NCBI GenBank assembly: GCA_000091205.1
Contig: AP006501.2
Origin: Cyanidioschyzon merolae
Taxonomy: Eukaryota
Length of the DNA: 64,000 nucleotides
Reading direction: 5' to 3' (one strand)
Shown here: positions 59,881 to 64,000 of the stretch, piece by piece
Position numbering within the stretch: position 1 is the stretch's first letter
Layout: each line of letters starts with the position of its first letter
Notes under the pieces: generated by a model
Database searches by the model: none
Told to the model about the DNA's origin: nothing
Seen by the model: the letters and a program-made list of their open reading frames with translations, nothing else
Made by a program: the position numbers and the translations under genes

Positions 59881-62849
59881 CCAGAATAGGGCGAGCAAGA
59901 GCCAGCACGCGGTATGGATGCAGTTTCGTTTGAGGCGACATTCCCCGCACAGACACTAGATGCGGAACAGTCGTGAGGGGTATCGTCCAGCGATTCACTG
60001 CATCCAGCGGTTGCCAAGAGCTCCCGAATTCGGTTCTCAAAGCGGTCCAAGAGTCGCCTGAGCAGAGCGCTCACCGGCTCTGTCATGGCACTCTGCACGA
60101 GACGTTCCACGGTCGCCACGGTCTGTAACGAATCAGTGTCGGATAGGACCTGTGGTAGCACCAGATGCTGCAGCAGCCGAGCACAAGCGATGGCAAACTC
60201 GGAACGAGGCTCCACGAGGATCTCGTTCAGCATTGCGATTGCTAGTCGGAGGTGGACGTTTCCGTCACCAGCAACGGTGGCTGTTTGACCCTGCGCTCCA
60301 GCGTGGATGCGTTGTTCGGATTCAGTGCTCAGCGCCCGATACGGATCGAGCAGAAACAGCAGGTACTGGCCAGCCTGCACTGGCGAAACAGTGGCCAGCG
60401 GATTGTCTTTGGGACTTTTCACGAGCACGCGCAAAGTCGGTAGGAACGCGTGCTCGAAGGCGTAGCGATGCTCTGGGTCACCTGTGAGGCAGATAGCTGG
60501 GAAGAAGACTGCTAGACACTGTCTTAGAGCGACGTTATCCGCTGTGGATGGTGTGAAGAACAAAAGGAGGAGCCGCTTGATGAGCTCCGCATCGGGCGCG
60601 AGACGCCGCAAAAAGATAAGCTTTGCAAAGCCCTCGACCACCGTTCCCTGGAGGGCGTCTGTATCCGCTGCAGTGAGCAGGCTGCACAGCCTATCCAGGA
60701 GCACTTGGCGGGGACTCGTCGTCGTCGTCGTCTCGAGGACGGCAGTGCTGGATTCTCCTGAGATTTCGGAGCAGTCTGGTGCTGTGCCCTCTTCGGAAGC
60801 GTGGGTGCACAGCCAATCGAAGAGCGCTCGCAAGGCAGCCAGACGCACCGCCTCGACGTCATGTTCAGCGACGTGGAGCAGGAGCAGCGAATGCTGCATC
60901 GACAGCTGACCGCTTCGGTCTATGAGCCCCGCCAGACCGAGGACGCGCATAGCGGTTAAGCGTTGGGAACTGTCCTCACTCGTGACATGGTGCAAGGTGC
61001 AAACCGACAGAAGCGTTACCAGCAGGGGCATGAACGTCTGCACAATGGCATTCAAGTCCCTGGACAAGACGCTGCGGGCGTTTGCGGCCTGGGAATGGCG
61101 AAGCAGGTGTCGTTGCTCGAGGCCGCTCTGATACCGGAGCAGTGCCTGTAGAAGCGCTTCAGAGAGCGCCAAGCAGGAGTGTTTTCCGGTGACATCGGGG
61201 TCCTCGTCGGCCTCGGCGGTGCTATGCAGCCCCGCTACAAGTTCTGTCACCAGACGAGTCGTTTCCTGAACGTTTGCTTGCGCACGAAACAGAACTTCGA
61301 GCGCCAACTGGAGCTCCTCTGGACCGAGTCTTGGCGAGCGAATCAGGGCTTCCATCGTTCGTAAGAGCAAGCGGCGCCCTGCTTCATCGCTCATGTCCAG
61401 GGTCCGAAGCACCTTCAACAGCATTCGCACGACGAAGGCGTACGACCGAGGCTCCGCAGCATCGCGCGCTGTTTCAGAAGCACGGCAGACACTCGTTGAG
61501 CAGGGCGAATGCGCAGCGTGCATCCCCAAAGGACTAGTGTCGACAACCTCCGTACGGGCATGTTGGTGGTAGTAGTCCAGTGCTGCGCAGAGATCGGTGA
61601 TGCACGGCAACAAGCTGGCTGCCAACTGGGGCCAGAGGGAGCGCTCCAGGTTGCGTGCTTTCCAGGCAGTGATCTGTGCACAGACGTAGGCGACTGCTGC
61701 TCGTTCTGCGTTCAACTCATTCAGATCTATCTGCGACACGGATTGCTCGATCTGTTCTTCAGTACTTTGGCAACTAGACTGCACTTCGGCTGCGAAACGA
61801 CGAACCAGTCGGAAACAGTCGGCATCCGGACAACTGACAAGCATCTGAACAAGCGCTGGTAAAACCGGCGTCTCGTGTACCTCGACATCGAGGAGCTGCA
61901 GCAGGTCGGTTAAGCGGCCTTTGCAGACGCATTCCAGCCATGATTTCCGCAGCATCTCTTCGAGACACGCTTTCTTCACTTCCATGCTGCGATCGGAGAG
62001 GCCACAGCGGAGCAGTTCCACCCGCTGCGCAATGCTCAACATCTTTGGGTTGACACGCTGCGCGAAAATCTTCTGGTATACCAAGAGCCGGATACTAGCG
62101 TCTACATCCCTGGCCCGCGATACGACTGCGTCTACCAGCGATGGATGCAATGCGGTCGCGAGCTGGAGAAGCGCTGCTTTGCGTACCGAAGCGCTCGGGT
62201 CACGACTGACGAGCCGTTCGAACACACCAAGCAACTCTTCATCCAATGTTTGTACCTGACGGAGGTGCAGGGTGTGCAACGCAATCAAAGCCTGGGCTCG
62301 CACGACGGGGACACGGTCACGTGTACGCTCGAGCAGCGCCCGCGAGACCTTGGTCATGCTGGCGCGGTCGTGGGAAAGCCACTCGCCCACGTGCTGTACG
62401 ATAGAGATAATGGCTTGGCAGCTTCTATATCGCACTGCCTTATCTTGAGCTGCAAGTAAACGAGTGAAGAACGTGAGCATTTCTTTAACAAAGTCCACGC
62501 CGCCCGGGATATTCTCCTTGTCTCGGGGTTCATCCGTTGGACGTTCCTTCGACGTTTGAAGAGCTAGCGTTCCGATCAAGTCGAAAATCCGCTCAACCCT
62601 GGTATCCTTGTTGTAGACGACCAGGCACCGCTTCAAGAGCTCAAACAATACACATAAACTGCCTGTTGCGTCCACGTCCCAGACCGCCTTCAAAGCCTGG
62701 GAGCTGTCTCGTGTACTGCTATCACTGAGGGTCACCGTCTCCAGAACCTGGATGATGCGCTCCCTCAAGGCCTCATTAGCAGCACGCTCCGTAGGCGCCG
62801 ATGTCGAGCGCGCAGCGGTTGCCGCAACCCGCGAGCTTAGGCGAGCCAT
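59856..62849 (-). CDS. NCAPG: Condensin complex subunit 3 (CAP-G/Ycg1/Cnd3), HEAT-repeat
   Basis: 'DKAVRYRSCQAIISIVQHVGEWL', 'RTRDRVPVVRAQALIALHTL', 'DPSASVRKAALLQLATA' and especially 'MLSIAQRVELLRCGLSDRSMEVKKACLEEMLRKSWLEC...TDLLQLLDVE' follow the conserved CAP-G block (MSIAQRV.LLQQGLNDRSD.VK.A....LL.GWL...G.I.ELL..LDVE). ATG at 62847-62849. 997 aa, single exon. Confidence 0.8.
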   Translation of the reverse strand: MARLSSRVAATAARSTSAPTERAANEALRERIIQVLETVTLSDSSTRDSSQALKAVWDVDATGSLCVLFELLKRCLVVYNKDTRVERIFDLIGTLALQTSKERPTDEPRDKENIPGGVDFVKEMLTFFTRLLAAQDKAVRYRSCQAIISIVQHVGEWLSHDRASMTKVSRALLERTRDRVPVVRAQALIALHTLHLRQVQTLDEELLGVFERLVSRDPSASVRKAALLQLATALHPSLVDAVVSRARDVDASIRLLVYQKIFAQRVNPKMLSIAQRVELLRCGLSDRSMEVKKACLEEMLRKSWLECVCKGRLTDLLQLLDVEVHETPVLPALVQMLVSCPDADCFRLVRRFAAEVQSSCQSTEEQIEQSVSQIDLNELNAERAAVAYVCAQITAWKARNLERSLWPQLAASLLPCITDLCAALDYYHQHARTEVVDTSPLGMHAAHSPCSTSVCRASETARDAAEPRSYAFVVRMLLKVLRTLDMSDEAGRRLLLRTMEALIRSPRLGPEELQLALEVLFRAQANVQETTRLVTELVAGLHSTAEADEDPDVTGKHSCLALSEALLQALLRYQSGLEQRHLLRHSQAANARSVLSRDLNAIVQTFMPLLVTLLSVCTLHHVTSEDSSQRLTAMRVLGLAGLIDRSGQLSMQHSLLLLHVAEHDVEAVRLAALRALFDWLCTHASEEGTAPDCSEISGESSTAVLETTTTTSPRQVLLDRLCSLLTAADTDALQGTVVEGFAKLIFLRRLAPDAELIKRLLLLFFTPSTADNVALRQCLAVFFPAICLTGDPEHRYAFEHAFLPTLRVLVKSPKDNPLATVSPVQAGQYLLFLLDPYRALSTESEQRIHAGAQGQTATVAGDGNVHLRLAIAMLNEILVEPRSEFAIACARLLQHLVLPQVLSDTDSLQTVATVERLVQSAMTEPVSALLRRLLDRFENRIRELLATAGCSESLDDTPHDCSASSVCAGNVASNETASIPRAGSCSPYSGHSVTSGN

Positions 62850-64000
62850 CGGTACGCAATGTGTCGCTCACTGGCACTTCTGGGTGTCCGGAACTAGTGT
62901 GCAACTTTGACAGCAAGCCGCGCCCCGAGACTCTCGGTACCCTGCTCTCGAACAGTGACAAGTCCGAGAAGCGCTGTAGCTGTTCTAGGTCACGCGATGC
63001 GAAGTGTACGGTGGCTCGGTGCTGCTGCACCCTAACGCGCGTCAGCGTCATCCGGCGGCAGGCACCGCGTAGCGCTTCCGTCGATCTCGAGCGGGAATTC
63101 AAATCGACGTGGTCGACATGGGAGCATCCGATCACTTGTAGAAATATATGGAAATCTTTGAACTAATCGTAACGCTCGATGCGCCCGTCGATCTTCCTGT
63201 CGTGCGTGCGTCTGGGGCGCATCGCTGGGGCGAGCGCCGCGCGTGCTGTCTGAAAAACCGTGGAATGCGCCACGTAACACTTTGGACGATTTTAGGTTTC
63301 GGCTGTACGGCCAGTCTGGAACGCTCCTCCTAAGAAGGAGAGGCTCGCTGTATTCAGCGACTTGTGTATTCGTGCGTCGAACGTGCCGCAGGCGCCTCAA
63401 GGGGGCAAGGAGTTGCGTATAATACACCCAGCGGGTGTCTATGTGAGGTGTGATGCAGCGCTAATGAGCCTTGGTAGCGCGTCGGCATGACGTACGGGCC
63501 TTGGTGCCTTCGGAAGTTGCCCGCTTGGTCGCTCCGTGCGCCGTTTCGGTACCGTGTGTCGGGCATGCCGCGCTCGCTTCCAAACCGACACAGGCGCGTC
63601 GCTATCGGGATTCACGCACCGTGTGGTCGATTGGGCATCGGGTCGATCTATGATGATGCTAGGTGCGTTTCCAGGGAGCCTAGCGATTTGATCGCGACCT
63701 AATCTAGCCAGACGTTCGATTGTCCGCTGATTCTACGCAAGCTTGTATACGCAGCATGGATTGGCACATCATCGTAGGTGCGGTCGCAGCCGCGTTGCTG
63801 TCCCTGTGCAGGGTCCGTGTCCTCTCAGGTTGTGTATTCGGCATTGATTCGCACGTAATCGTAGCTGAGGTCGCATCCCCATGCTAGCCCCATGCCGGGT
63901 CCTTGTCCGACCCGGATTTCGAACGTCACCGTATCAGCAGCGGTGTTGTAGGTTTCGGCGTTCTTGCCAGCGGCCGCGGCATCAGCAAGGTATCTACGCG

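Overview
This window reads as nuclear DNA from a eukaryote, not a prokaryote. GC is roughly 57-60%. Gene models are large and mostly single-exon: a 2209-aa Listerin with a C-terminal RING, a 997-aa condensin CAP-G, and a 1176-aa CstF-77. Gene density is about one per 3 kb, with several bidirectional promoters and convergent 3' ends. Three genes point to a plastid (homogentisate prenyltransferase, a DUF2358 protein, an M48 peptidase with an N-terminal extension), so the host is probably an intron-poor alga; a rhodophyte-like compact genome is one guess. 

Confidently recognised genes: M48 metallopeptidase, ETF alpha, an ACC-synthase-like class-I aminotransferase, an adjacent FetA/FetB-type (STAR1/ALS3-like) ABC ATPase and UPF0014 permease, Listerin/LTN1, PLPBP/YggS, DUF423, SurE 5'-nucleotidase, an actin-family protein, a homogentisate prenyltransferase (UbiA family), DDX18/Has1 DEAD-box helicase, organellar uL22, DUF2358, CstF-77/Rna14 and condensin CAP-G. 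A clathrin-light-chain-like gene is a tentative call. 

The part the gene calls do not explain is a repeat landscape:
- Two homologous dispersed copies carry a degenerate TnpB/Fanzor-like RuvC-III motif ('NRDFNAVINIRR') and a possible RuvC-I remnant ('GIDLD'). One copy is followed by a 9-bp-stem hairpin. The other sits in an AT-richer island.
- A ~465-bp direct repeat pair brackets the actin-like and prenyltransferase genes.
- A ~1.1-kb degenerate dispersed repeat is present twice and shows traces of an old ORF.
- An 81-bp x ~8.6 minisatellite lies in a promoter; a ~94-bp tandem repeat and a ~65-bp tandem array with CACGTG (G-box/E-box) cores lie upstream of genes.
- Several micro- and trinucleotide repeats occur, some inside a low-complexity protein.

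That low-complexity protein also carries two copies of an unrecognised C4HC3-like cysteine motif. No rRNA, tRNA or CRISPR could be supported by eye.
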